In this document: piece after piece, positions 9,216-17,930 of the stretch
Position numbering within the stretch: the stretch's first letter is position 1
Layout: every line of letters starts with the position of its first letter
IMG/VR virus record: IMGVR_UViG_3300033388_007160
Span: 1-64,000 of that record
Length of the DNA stretch: 64,000 bases
From: a virus
Direction: 5' to 3' (one strand)
Made by a program: the position numbers and the translations under genes
Notes under the pieces: model-generated
What the model was told of the DNA's origin: nothing
What the model saw: the letters and a program-made list of their open reading frames with translations, nothing else
The model's database searches: none

Positions 9216-9793
9216 TGGTTCCTGAAACCCGCCTTATCGAAATTGCCAATGATATAGTGAAGATAGCCTGTGGCCGGAAGTTCTGGCCTGACAATTGGTC
9301 TTCGGTTACATCGGCCAAGCTGGCCAAGCGAATGATTTCACTGGTCACCAGCTCGTATTCGAATGACCCAGCATCGGCCCATCATCCTGCCCACCCGTCA
9401 TTTGAGCCAATCGCCTTTAGTTGCGATGTGGATAATAAGGCAATTGATGATGAATTGGTTCTTGCCTTCCCGGCACTACATATGGCTCTTACATTCTTTT
9501 GCAGCAATGCAGGACTAAATGATTTGCTAATTGACTTTGCGCCGTATCCGCACTCCGCCTCGACACTTGATGGTTCATCATTCTTCTACATTGATTTTGA
9601 AGATGGGCAGGTTATCAATTATTTTGAGCAGAATGCTATTCCTGACCATGTGCTTAGCCTCTATACGTTGGTGTTGCCTCCGAAGAAGGGCAAGTTCATC
9701 GAGATAATCAGATACTGCTGTAAGTTAACAGGAGATGAGCGCTTGAAAGAGGGCTATGAGCGTATCATCAAGTTCGGCGACATCGGAAGCTGA
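9215..9793 (+). CDS. Hypothetical protein
   Basis: TGATG coupling; GGGAGG SD. Confidence 0.55.
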   Translation: MVPETRLIEIANDIVKIACGRKFWPDNWSSVTSAKLAKRMISLVTSSYSNDPASAHHPAHPSFEPIAFSCDVDNKAIDDELVLAFPALHMALTFFCSNAGLNDLLIDFAPYPHSASTLDGSSFFYIDFEDGQVINYFEQNAIPDHVLSLYTLVLPPKKGKFIEIIRYCCKLTGDERLKEGYERIIKFGDIGS

Positions 9794-10616
9794 CTTGGGG
9801 CCCAAGCTGGTTCGGCTCTTTTCGGGTTGGCTGATAGTTTCTGAGTTTGCCATAGGCCAGGACAGCTATTACTCGCAGACTTTAGCCTATGGCGGCCATG
9901 TGATATATCCCACAACGCGCATAGATTGGGTAGTCTTCAATGAGCAACGGGCCTATGCTGTGCAGGCCAAGCTGAAGTGGAATAAGACACTGATTAGCCA
10001 GGCCGAAGCCGCAAACGAAGTCTTCCCTTTGGTCTATCTGCTGGTTCCCACGCCACCCAGTCGCAGGATAATAGAATCTTATGGCCTTGATACGGAAAGA
10101 AGGCACTTCGGCATCATCGCAGAAGAGGACGGCGACCTATTTATTGTTCGGGAACCGATTTTCCATTTCAAGGGCCGATACAGCGAACATGCCTATTGGA
10201 AGCGAGCCTACCCTCATCTTTATAATGAGCTTTACCGGTGGCTTGCTTGGCAAACAGAGGAATATCCCCTGTGCCGCTACAAATGGTCTTTGCATAATGG
10301 TTACATTTGTCCATTCTTGAGAGCTGATGGGCATTGTGCATGGCAGCATCCGCCTGTCGGAGCGTATGGTGGTTGTGCCCTGCGCAATTATGCCCTTGGC
10401 TACAATCCGCGAGCAGATTTTCTTGAACTTGTCCATTTGTATGAAGAGACTTGTCGCCAGCACGGCAGGCCGGTTATCCTTTATCTCGATGACCAGGCCA
10501 AAGAACGCCTTCGCCAGTACAAGAAACTTTGTGCCTATTTAGAGGCAGCAACGATTTTGCACCGATTCATCTCAAGGAGTGCTAATGCAGATGGCGAAAA
10601 TTCCCGTGAGGCTTAG
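9756..10616 (+). CDS. Putative PD-(D/E)xK-fold nuclease-like protein
   Basis: SEF..RIDWV..AVQAKL pattern; Cys-rich C-terminal part. Confidence 0.45.
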   Translation: MSVSSSSATSEADLGPKLVRLFSGWLIVSEFAIGQDSYYSQTLAYGGHVIYPTTRIDWVVFNEQRAYAVQAKLKWNKTLISQAEAANEVFPLVYLLVPTPPSRRIIESYGLDTERRHFGIIAEEDGDLFIVREPIFHFKGRYSEHAYWKRAYPHLYNELYRWLAWQTEEYPLCRYKWSLHNGYICPFLRADGHCAWQHPPVGAYGGCALRNYALGYNPRADFLELVHLYEETCRQHGRPVILYLDDQAKERLRQYKKLCAYLEAATILHRFISRSANADGENSREA

Positions 10617-11631
10617 GGGGCCCTTCTCCGGCCTTACCGGATATGGCCGTTGCTTCTGTGGCGTTGTCAAGCACCTGCTGAAATCCCGGCGCTTGGCCGT
10701 GGAAGTTTTATCGCTCTACAATAATCCTCAGCCTTCTGCCGACCCCGAACTTGTTGCCCAGAGTGGCATACGATTTGATGTGCGGCATTGGGGATTGCTT
10801 TTTGGTATTCCGCCGTTGTTGCCCTCACTGGGCACGGAGTATCGGGTTATCTATACGATGTATGAGGCCGATGATATCCCTCGGCAATGGCGAACTTATG
10901 TTAAACAAGCCGATGAGATTTGGGTGCCTTCCCAGCACTGTGCCGAGGTATTTGGTGCATACAATCCCAGAATCAGAGTCGTCCATCTTGGTGTCTCAGA
11001 GTTCTTCAGGCCCACACAGCTCGACAAGAGGTATTACCGTCAGAAACTGGGCTTCCATGAAGACTGGCGAGGATACTGGATTGGCACGGCGGGCGTGATG
11101 TCTCATCGCAAAGGTGTTGATGTGCTTGTTCGGGCCTTCAGGGAAGCATTTGGCACGCAAAGCGATGTAAAGTTGCTCATCAAGACAAGAGATACCAAAT
11201 GGCTGCTGCCGATAGACGACCCTCGTGTCATTGTGATAGATGAAGACTGGCCCGAAGAGAAGATGCGTGATTTTTACTGGGCGCTCGACCTGTTTGCCCT
11301 GCCAAGTCGGGGAGAGGGCTTTGGGATGCCACCACTTGAAGCGGCGCGTTGTGGCACACCTGCTTTAGTTACAGCATGGAGTGGAATGCTGGAATACATT
11401 GATAACGATGGCATTTGGGGTATTGAAGTGGCCGGACTGGTGCCTACCAGAGGCATGGCTGCCGACCATGCCTATTATGCGGAACCTGATTTAGCAGATT
11501 TCATTGACAAGCTTCGCTTCTTATACGAAAATAGGCCCGGAGTCGGACGAAGCTATAACTACTGGACGTATCGGGAAGCTGCCAAGCGTTTCGAGAAGGC
11601 GATACTTGAGTCCATCCGGCTCCGGAGATAG
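10591..11631 (+). CDS. Glycosyltransferase, GT4 (GT-B)
   Basis: TGYGR, RKGVDVL, PSRGEGFGMPPLEA. Confidence 0.9.
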   Translation: MAKIPVRLRGPFSGLTGYGRCFCGVVKHLLKSRRLAVEVLSLYNNPQPSADPELVAQSGIRFDVRHWGLLFGIPPLLPSLGTEYRVIYTMYEADDIPRQWRTYVKQADEIWVPSQHCAEVFGAYNPRIRVVHLGVSEFFRPTQLDKRYYRQKLGFHEDWRGYWIGTAGVMSHRKGVDVLVRAFREAFGTQSDVKLLIKTRDTKWLLPIDDPRVIVIDEDWPEEKMRDFYWALDLFALPSRGEGFGMPPLEAARCGTPALVTAWSGMLEYIDNDGIWGIEVAGLVPTRGMAADHAYYAEPDLADFIDKLRFLYENRPGVGRSYNYWTYREAAKRFEKAILESIRLRR

Positions 11632-12333
11632 ATGGACCAAGCCACCATCATTGAGAGGATTCGGGCCAGAGGTATAACAACTTCAGATATATCGGATGAC
11701 GAACTGGGCACCCTCATCACTTCGGCCCTGAACTGGTATAGTTACTACCGGCCTGCTGTAAAGCTTACCACCACTTCAAGCTGCATCACCACCGTGGCCG
11801 ACCAGCAGGCCTATGACCCTCCAAGCGATGCTCTCTGGGTTGTAGAAGTCTTCTGGAATCCCACCGGCCAGTATGCCATACAGGACCTTTATCGGGCACT
11901 GCTGGGCGTGCAGTTTGACCCCGACCATTACGCGGATGTGGTGATAAATCTCAGCCAGTTGGCCCGTATTAACAGTTATTTCAGGGGCCGCTGGAAGGTA
12001 GTTGATGGCAAGATTTACCTCATCCCCACACCTGCGGAAGATGGTGTCAAGGTTCCGGTTCTCTATGCCACGGCCAAAACATTGAGTGATTTGGATGAAG
12101 TGAAAGATATCTGGTTTGAAGAACTGGTCTATGCAATGGCCCTTGAACGGAAAGCGCTCAATATGACTTCGCAGGCTGGTTGGCGTGCCGGGGCCTATCA
12201 GGTTTCAGCCCAACCTGCTGTGGTTATGGCTAAATGGGCCCAGCAGCGTATACAGGAAGTCCGGCAGGCTATTGCAAACAATTATGCGGCTGCCCGTAGC
12301 GATAGCCGTGGCGGCGGCCATGAAGAGACATGA
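11632..12333 (+). CDS. Head-tail adaptor / neck protein
   Basis: Position; TTVADQQAY and KIYLIPTP motifs typical of adaptors. Confidence 0.65.
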   Translation: MDQATIIERIRARGITTSDISDDELGTLITSALNWYSYYRPAVKLTTTSSCITTVADQQAYDPPSDALWVVEVFWNPTGQYAIQDLYRALLGVQFDPDHYADVVINLSQLARINSYFRGRWKVVDGKIYLIPTPAEDGVKVPVLYATAKTLSDLDEVKDIWFEELVYAMALERKALNMTSQAGWRAGAYQVSAQPAVVMAKWAQQRIQEVRQAIANNYAAARSDSRGGGHEET

Positions 12334-12674
12334 TGCCCCTGCCTCATAGAGTTACTATCAAGCGACCTAAGTGGTCAGATACCCGCCACGAACAGTATCG
12401 GGGCGAAGAGACCGTTGCCACAGATGTGAAAGCCCTCATTTCCCCTGCCGACCGGTCGGTAAGGGCTTTGGAGAACTGGGGCGGTATTGAGCTGTTGCGG
12501 GATACAGTTTTCCTTGAACCCGGTATTGATGTTCGGCGCGGTGATGTTATAATTGATAATGCATCGGGTGATAGATGGCGCGTTATTGAACCGCCAAAAG
12601 TCTTGCAGAATCCGATAACATGGGAAGATGACCACATCGAATGCACAGTTGAAAAGGAGGTTATCGGCCAGTGA
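12330..12674 (+). CDS. Head closure protein
   Basis: HRVTIKRP..DVRRGDVI..WRV; size and position. Confidence 0.65.
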   Translation: MMPLPHRVTIKRPKWSDTRHEQYRGEETVATDVKALISPADRSVRALENWGGIELLRDTVFLEPGIDVRRGDVIIDNASGDRWRVIEPPKVLQNPITWEDDHIECTVEKEVIGQ

Positions 12675-12692
12675 TAGGCCGGGTGGCCCGCA

Positions 12693-13256
12693 ATGCTATC
12701 ACAACTCGTCACAAGCGCACTGAAATCTTTGTTTCCGTCTTATAAAGCATCGGCTGCCAAGGGCATACTTGCATTCCTGTTCGGGGGGATTGTGCTGTAT
12801 TTCACCGAGGCACCTGAGAACATCGTTAACATCTGGCGCGTGATTGTGTGGTTGATTCTCGGAGATGTGGCAACTGGTTCGGCAGTTGCAATCATTCAGC
12901 GAAGCTTTAAGAGCACCATCTTTGCCCAGCGTGGGGCCAAGAGGTTAATCGGCTATGTGATGACCTTTGGCTTGGCTGCCGCAATGGACAGACTGGTTGG
13001 AAGCCACTACATGATAGCCTCTTGGGCTGCATACTATATTGCCGTTAGCGAGATTGCCTCCATTCTCGAAAACCTTGGCAAGCTTGGCATCCCCATGCCC
13101 AAGTTCATTGAAGTGATGATGAAGACCATGCGCCAGAAGGCCCAGAAGGGCAGTGACCTCAAGGACGTCATGGAAGAATTCGAGGAAGAAATCGAAGCCG
13201 AAATCCAGAAGCGCCAAGAGAAGAAAATCTGGAAGCCGGGGGATGAAGAAGAGTGA
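12693..13256 (+). CDS. Holin (phage holin 4-like)
   Basis: TM segments with DVATG and EIASILENLGKLGIPMP. Confidence 0.8.
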   Translation: MLSQLVTSALKSLFPSYKASAAKGILAFLFGGIVLYFTEAPENIVNIWRVIVWLILGDVATGSAVAIIQRSFKSTIFAQRGAKRLIGYVMTFGLAAAMDRLVGSHYMIASWAAYYIAVSEIASILENLGKLGIPMPKFIEVMMKTMRQKAQKGSDLKDVMEEFEEEIEAEIQKRQEKKIWKPGDEEE

Positions 13257-13765
13257 GTGAAGTCTATCTGCCTGAAGCAGGCACAGTGCTGATTGACCGT
13301 TTCCTCTATTATGTTGACTGGGAAGGCAGTGCCAGTGCCCCCTTCCATGTGGACATAGCCACCAAACGTGAGGGTCACCCGCATCATTATATCTTTCGCA
13401 TGGTTGAAGACCCCGGCAGTGTCCGGACGCCACTTTGCCTGGTTTCGCCTGAAGAATGGCCTGAAGTGGGTGAAACAATGGGCCAACAGCGCGTCCTGAG
13501 GTTCCGGTGCAACATCTTTTACGTCATTGCCATTGACCCCTATGATATTCCGGCAAGGAAGATACGCGAGGGTATCAGCAAGATAGTGGAGAATGTGATG
13601 GCTTCCAATCGCTTGGGGCTTGATTGGGTGGCAAATCTTGAGCATACCGGCATCTCATTTTCGCCCGATTTCGAGCAAGTTCTGCGCTTCAACATGATAC
13701 CCTTTAGCTGCGCGATGGCGAGTTTTGTGGCAGAAACATATGAGGACTTGGGCCACAAACCCTAA
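13253..13765 (+). CDS. Putative tail terminator
   Basis: Position and size only. Confidence 0.4.
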   Translation: MSEVYLPEAGTVLIDRFLYYVDWEGSASAPFHVDIATKREGHPHHYIFRMVEDPGSVRTPLCLVSPEEWPEVGETMGQQRVLRFRCNIFYVIAIDPYDIPARKIREGISKIVENVMASNRLGLDWVANLEHTGISFSPDFEQVLRFNMIPFSCAMASFVAETYEDLGHKP

Positions 13766-13804
13766 TCTTGATTAGCCTAATTGCGATAGGCAAAGCTTGC
13801 AGAG

Positions 13805-14416
13805 ATGATTGGCATACGAATCAATCCGACAGCAGGTGGTAAAAGAAGCTGGCTGGCCGCGATACAGCGGGCTCGCAAGCGTTGGGAACAGGTGCGGTCT
13901 TTCAATATCCCCGGAGCCCTGAGAAGTCGTATGTCGAGTGACTTCGTTCACTTGGTGCAGAATGAAGTTGAATGGGGCCAAGTAACCTGGACGTATCAGA
14001 AGCAATATTATCGGGAACGGGGCAAGGGTATGTATGGTTCAGACCCTGCAGGTTCGGGCATCGTCTACTGGGGCCGGATTAATCCACAGGAGAGATTGGA
14101 TAGGGTGGACTGGAAGGATGCAGCACGGGGGCCTCGTTTTCTTGAATCTATGAAGGGGCAATTCCGGCGTTCGGGCGGCACGAGAGCTGAAGTGCAGATA
14201 CTCACGTTTGCCATCATGAATCCGTATCCGAAAGACCAATTGCCAGCGCCGATTATGTATTACTTCCGGGAAGGTTGGCATTCGCCAGTTGAAAACAAGC
14301 AAATGCAGAAAAGGCCGGTTGACAAATATTTGGCCCGATACCAGTTCCCACGCTTGAGGCGAAGGATAACCTCAATCTGGCGGCAAGCTTGGAGGCCGCT
14401 GATGCACGTCACATAA
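13805..14416 (+). CDS. Putative tail completion/neck protein
   Basis: Basic protein in the neck cluster. Confidence 0.35.
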   Translation: MIGIRINPTAGGKRSWLAAIQRARKRWEQVRSFNIPGALRSRMSSDFVHLVQNEVEWGQVTWTYQKQYYRERGKGMYGSDPAGSGIVYWGRINPQERLDRVDWKDAARGPRFLESMKGQFRRSGGTRAEVQILTFAIMNPYPKDQLPAPIMYYFREGWHSPVENKQMQKRPVDKYLARYQFPRLRRRITSIWRQAWRPLMHVT

Positions 14417-14431
14417 AAAGGAGGCTTCTGC

Positions 14432-15532
14432 ATGAAGATTTTTATCCCTCGCGAACAGCTTGCCTATCCTTCGGGCCGGGGGCCAGAGGTGGCTAGCTAC
14501 CAGCTTCTTGAGGCCGATGAACCTTACCTTGTTAATGCACTGGTTGCAGAACTGCTCCAGCAAAACTCGCCAAAGTCTGAAGTTCGGGATGTGGCCCCTC
14601 GGCCCCCAAGCAAGGATACACGGAAATTACTCATCCTGTTCCCAGGCGGGATAGGCGATGTGCTCTGCATGAAGGCCTGCCTGCAGGCTTTGGATGAACA
14701 GATGCCCTATCCCAACCTGGAAGAAGTTGGTTTTGCCAGTGTGCGGGAAGACGACTGGCTGATTAATGACACGCGCTTTAAGCCCTTCATCCACTTCACG
14801 GTTACTGTCTTTGATTATCCCATCTCGCTAAAAATGGCCGAATATTATGATAGCTGGGTAAGTTACGGCACGCTTGAACGCCAGAGTATCAACAGAGAGT
14901 TGCAGGATACTTTTGCTGAGATTCTTGGCGTCAAGCCTTTGGGGCGGCCCGCACGATTGAACCCTGACCCTGCATTGCAAAGAGTGCTTTCCGGCTATAT
15001 CCGCGACAAGAGTCGCATCAAGGTGGGAATGCAAATCTATTCGGCAGCCCATTATCGTTCTTGGTTCCCTGTCAATGCCGTTTTGACTGCCCAAGAACTC
15101 GTTAAAATGGGCTGTGATGTTTATATCCTCGGCACGCCTACACAGCGTTTGCGCTTCACGAAGGACGGCCAACCGGTTGGGCCACCCGAACATATTTACG
15201 ACATAAGCGGCCTGCTGAGGTCGGTGAAAGAGTTCATTGCCTTCGCAAGCCTAATGGATGCCGTTATCACTGTAGATACGGCCCTGTTGCACATTGCCGG
15301 ATGCTTGTATAAGCCCACTCTGGCCCTATTCAGTATCACACATGGCCGCTACAGGACTTCCTACTATCCTACCGTGGAATACCTGCAGGGCGAAGCAGAT
15401 TGTGCGCCTTGTCTGAACATTGCTACATTGCCGGATTGTGGCGAAAAGTTCTGCAAAGCGATGGTGGCCTTGACGCCCGACATAGTGGTTCCCAAGTTTG
15501 AACAAATTCTGAAGGAGGCTGAATTGCTGTGA
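14432..15532 (+). CDS. Glycosyltransferase, GT9 (heptosyltransferase-like)
   Basis: GGIGDVL, DTALLHIAG, C-terminal CAPC..C..C. Confidence 0.85.
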   Translation: MKIFIPREQLAYPSGRGPEVASYQLLEADEPYLVNALVAELLQQNSPKSEVRDVAPRPPSKDTRKLLILFPGGIGDVLCMKACLQALDEQMPYPNLEEVGFASVREDDWLINDTRFKPFIHFTVTVFDYPISLKMAEYYDSWVSYGTLERQSINRELQDTFAEILGVKPLGRPARLNPDPALQRVLSGYIRDKSRIKVGMQIYSAAHYRSWFPVNAVLTAQELVKMGCDVYILGTPTQRLRFTKDGQPVGPPEHIYDISGLLRSVKEFIAFASLMDAVITVDTALLHIAGCLYKPTLALFSITHGRYRTSYYPTVEYLQGEADCAPCLNIATLPDCGEKFCKAMVALTPDIVVPKFEQILKEAELL

Positions 15533-15777
15533 GAGCCCAGATTGGCGACAAAGTGCGGGTTGAGATTAACGGCAAAACATTTGAGTTTGAGGTAGTGGGC
15601 AGCGGGGATGATACACTTGTCCTGCAGGCCCCAAGAGGCAGCCGCTGGTCACTCAGACTCATCCCGCAGGACGACAACAAGCCCATAGAAATCCAATTTT
15701 ATCAAGTTGATGCCGAAGGGAGACGACGCCTCGATGAGAATCACGCTGATATATCTGACCTACAATTCGGAGTCTGA
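15529..15777 (+). CDS. Hypothetical protein
   Basis: GTGA coupling; AAGGAGG SD. Confidence 0.5.
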   Translation: MRAQIGDKVRVEINGKTFEFEVVGSGDDTLVLQAPRGSRWSLRLIPQDDNKPIEIQFYQVDAEGRRRLDENHADISDLQFGV

Positions 15778-16561
15778 AGTTCGGGAGAATTTGCCCCGGC
15801 TACTGCAATCAGCAGGGGCCTACATCAATCTGATAGCAATTGATAATGCCTCGCAGGACGGCACGGTGCAGGCCCTGCGAGAGTTGGGCATAGAACCCAC
15901 AGTTATGCCGGAAAATGTGGGATATACGAAGGGCATTAATATTGGCCTTCAGAAGGCGCTTGAGCTGGCCGCCCCGTGGATAGTCATCGTGAACCCCGAC
16001 GCTGTGCCCTCAACGCCTAACTGGGCACAAGCCTTGTTGAACTACGTAGATACCCGTGTGGGCATTATTGGCTGCAAGCAAGTCAGACGAAACTATCTCA
16101 TTCATGGCGGAGGGGAGATAGCTGCTCATAAACAGTTGCTGAGTTGGTGGCAAGAGTATGATGTGGTCGACCGTAAGCTGCTCGTGAAGGAGGCTATTGG
16201 GGCTTCAAGAGTGCTTCATCGAATGGGCCATCCGGCCCAGTATAACAAAGACGAATATGTGCCCTGGGTGACGTTTGCCGTTGTAGCCCTGCGCAAGGAA
16301 GCCGTCCAAGAAATTGGCCTTCTCAATGAAGAATTTTGGCTTTATTGTTCAGATGCAGAATATTGTTTCAGGGCTTGGCAGGCTGGATGGTTTGTGCTAT
16401 ATAGACCAGTGGTCTTCGTGCATGAATGCGGCACCTCGATACGACGGGCACCCGATTGGGTGCATGAGCGAGCAATCGCTGATGCAAAAAGATGGTTACA
16501 AATTGAAGATGACTGGATAGCCAAAGTCCAGAAAGCTATGGCGGCATTGTTGCCGCCGTGA
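15734..16561 (+). CDS. Glycosyltransferase, GT2
   Basis: DNASQDGT, ENVGYTKGIN, NPD, LYCSDAEY. Confidence 0.9.
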   Translation: MRITLIYLTYNSESEVRENLPRLLQSAGAYINLIAIDNASQDGTVQALRELGIEPTVMPENVGYTKGINIGLQKALELAAPWIVIVNPDAVPSTPNWAQALLNYVDTRVGIIGCKQVRRNYLIHGGGEIAAHKQLLSWWQEYDVVDRKLLVKEAIGASRVLHRMGHPAQYNKDEYVPWVTFAVVALRKEAVQEIGLLNEEFWLYCSDAEYCFRAWQAGWFVLYRPVVFVHECGTSIRRAPDWVHERAIADAKRWLQIEDDWIAKVQKAMAALLPP

Positions 16562-16566
16562 TGTAG

Positions 16567-16953
16567 ATGGGCGCTCTTACCAACAGGCTGACCTGCTATG
16601 ACGTAACAGTGATGGACATATCTGGCGTAAGCGTGCTGGCCCTGTTCCGGGAAGCTTCGCTGGAAATCACGATAGACGAGATTGACGTAAGCGCAGCTCA
16701 GGATACCTGGAAGCAGCGCGAGTTCGGCCAAGGCGACTGGCGCTTCACCTGCACCAAGCTGATCAGCGGCTCCGTCGAATTTGTGAACATGGCCCTCAAC
16801 CGCCAGCCAGTCATCGTCTCCACGGACATCGGTGGCGTTTCCATCGTGGGCACGGGTATCATTACAGGCGTGCCTATCAACGTTGGAGCAAACGCTGCCC
16901 AGACGGAACAGATTACCATCGTCTCGGCTGGTTCTGCTTTGAGCATTGGTTAA
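16567..16953 (+). CDS. Tail tube protein (minimal, 128 aa)
   Basis: Beta-rich (EITIDEIDVS); directly upstream of the chaperone and tape measure genes. Confidence 0.65.
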   Translation: MGALTNRLTCYDVTVMDISGVSVLALFREASLEITIDEIDVSAAQDTWKQREFGQGDWRFTCTKLISGSVEFVNMALNRQPVIVSTDIGGVSIVGTGIITGVPINVGANAAQTEQITIVSAGSALSIG

Positions 16954-16959
16954 TAGGCA

Positions 16960-16991
16960 CAGGGGCGGGGTTCTAACCGGCCCCGCCCCTG
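16960..16991 (+). other. GC-rich hairpin after the tail tube gene
   Basis: CAGGGGCGGGG / CCCCGCCCCTG; no U-tract. Confidence 0.55.
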
Positions 16992-17026
16992 CATAACATA
17001 CTTCCCGAAAAGGAGGCCCGGCAGAC

Positions 17027-17557
17027 ATGCCGAAAAAGAATGCCAAGAAAGTAGCGCAGGACGCTAATCCTCAACCCAAGATTGACCTGAATGAGTTCAA
17101 GAAACGCCTGCAGCAAGCACGTGAAGAACGCAAGAAGAATGCCATTGACCTTTACCTGCCGTCGGTTGATATGACCATCAAAGTGGCACCAGCTTCGGCG
17201 AGTGACTATTACTTTGAGGTGCTAAACATCTTCCGCAGCCTGCCTGCTGAAGAGACAGAAAACCGGCCAGTTATACCTGTCAAGACGGAAGAGGGCCGAG
17301 TGCTTGGCATTGACCGGAACCAGGCACGAGTGCTTTTGAAGGCCAGCATAGTAGAACCCGAACTCGATGATGAAGCAGTAGAGTTGCTGTTTAATCTGCC
17401 CATCGGCGAATTCCAGATGCTCATCATGGCCTGCATAGCGGCTTCTGCAAGTAGCATTATTGAGTTAAGCGAAAAGCTGGGCAATGTGGAGACTGGTGGC
17501 CTTGAAGGTTTTTTCGGCACCACTCCCAGTGGTTCGAACGAATTGACGCAGCAATAG
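17027..17557 (+). CDS. Tail assembly chaperone (G)
   Basis: Between tube and tape measure genes; ASIVEPEL; slippery site near the 3' end. Confidence 0.8.
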   Translation: MPKKNAKKVAQDANPQPKIDLNEFKKRLQQAREERKKNAIDLYLPSVDMTIKVAPASASDYYFEVLNIFRSLPAEETENRPVIPVKTEEGRVLGIDRNQARVLLKASIVEPELDDEAVELLFNLPIGEFQMLIMACIAASASSIIELSEKLGNVETGGLEGFFGTTPSGSNELTQQ

Positions 17558-17916
17558 AGCATCTTGGCAAGCTGCCATCACAGCTTGATTTAGATGAAGC
17601 CCAGTGGGCCGAATTACTGGCCTACCATCGGCTTAAGCGGGCCATGCAAAACATGTGCCCTGATTGCTATGAGAAGACGCGAAGACAGAAGAAAGTCTGC
17701 TTCTGGTGCGGTCGCGAATATACTGAGCTTGATTGGGAGGAAAATGCGAAACGGCGAGCTGAAGCTCCCGATGAAGGCAAAGTTGTCGAGGGAGAAGACG
17801 CCCTCACCCTTCTTATGCTTACATCTAAGCCAAGGAACGAAAAGGCAGAAGCAATAAAGGAACGTCTCTGGAAGCAATGGGCAGAGAAAATGAAGGCCGA
17901 AGGCAAGCTTAAGTAG
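17509..17916 (+). CDS. Chaperone G-T extension via -1 frameshift at T TTT TTC (17509-17515)
   Basis: The -1 frame is open from the slip site (FRHHSQWFER..) into ORF 17644-17916. Confidence 0.75.
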   Translation, partial: FFRHHSQWFERIDAAIEHLGKLPSQLDLDEAQWAELLAYHRLKRAMQNMCPDCYEKTRRQKKVCFWCGREYTELDWEENAKRRAEAPDEGKVVEGEDALTLLMLTSKPRNEKAEAIKERLWKQWAEKMKAEGKLK

Positions 17917-17930
17917 CTTGCCGATGTGTA

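Noticed and set aside
12693-13256. Complete lysis cassette
   Set aside because: Only the holin is recognisable; no endolysin identified in the window.
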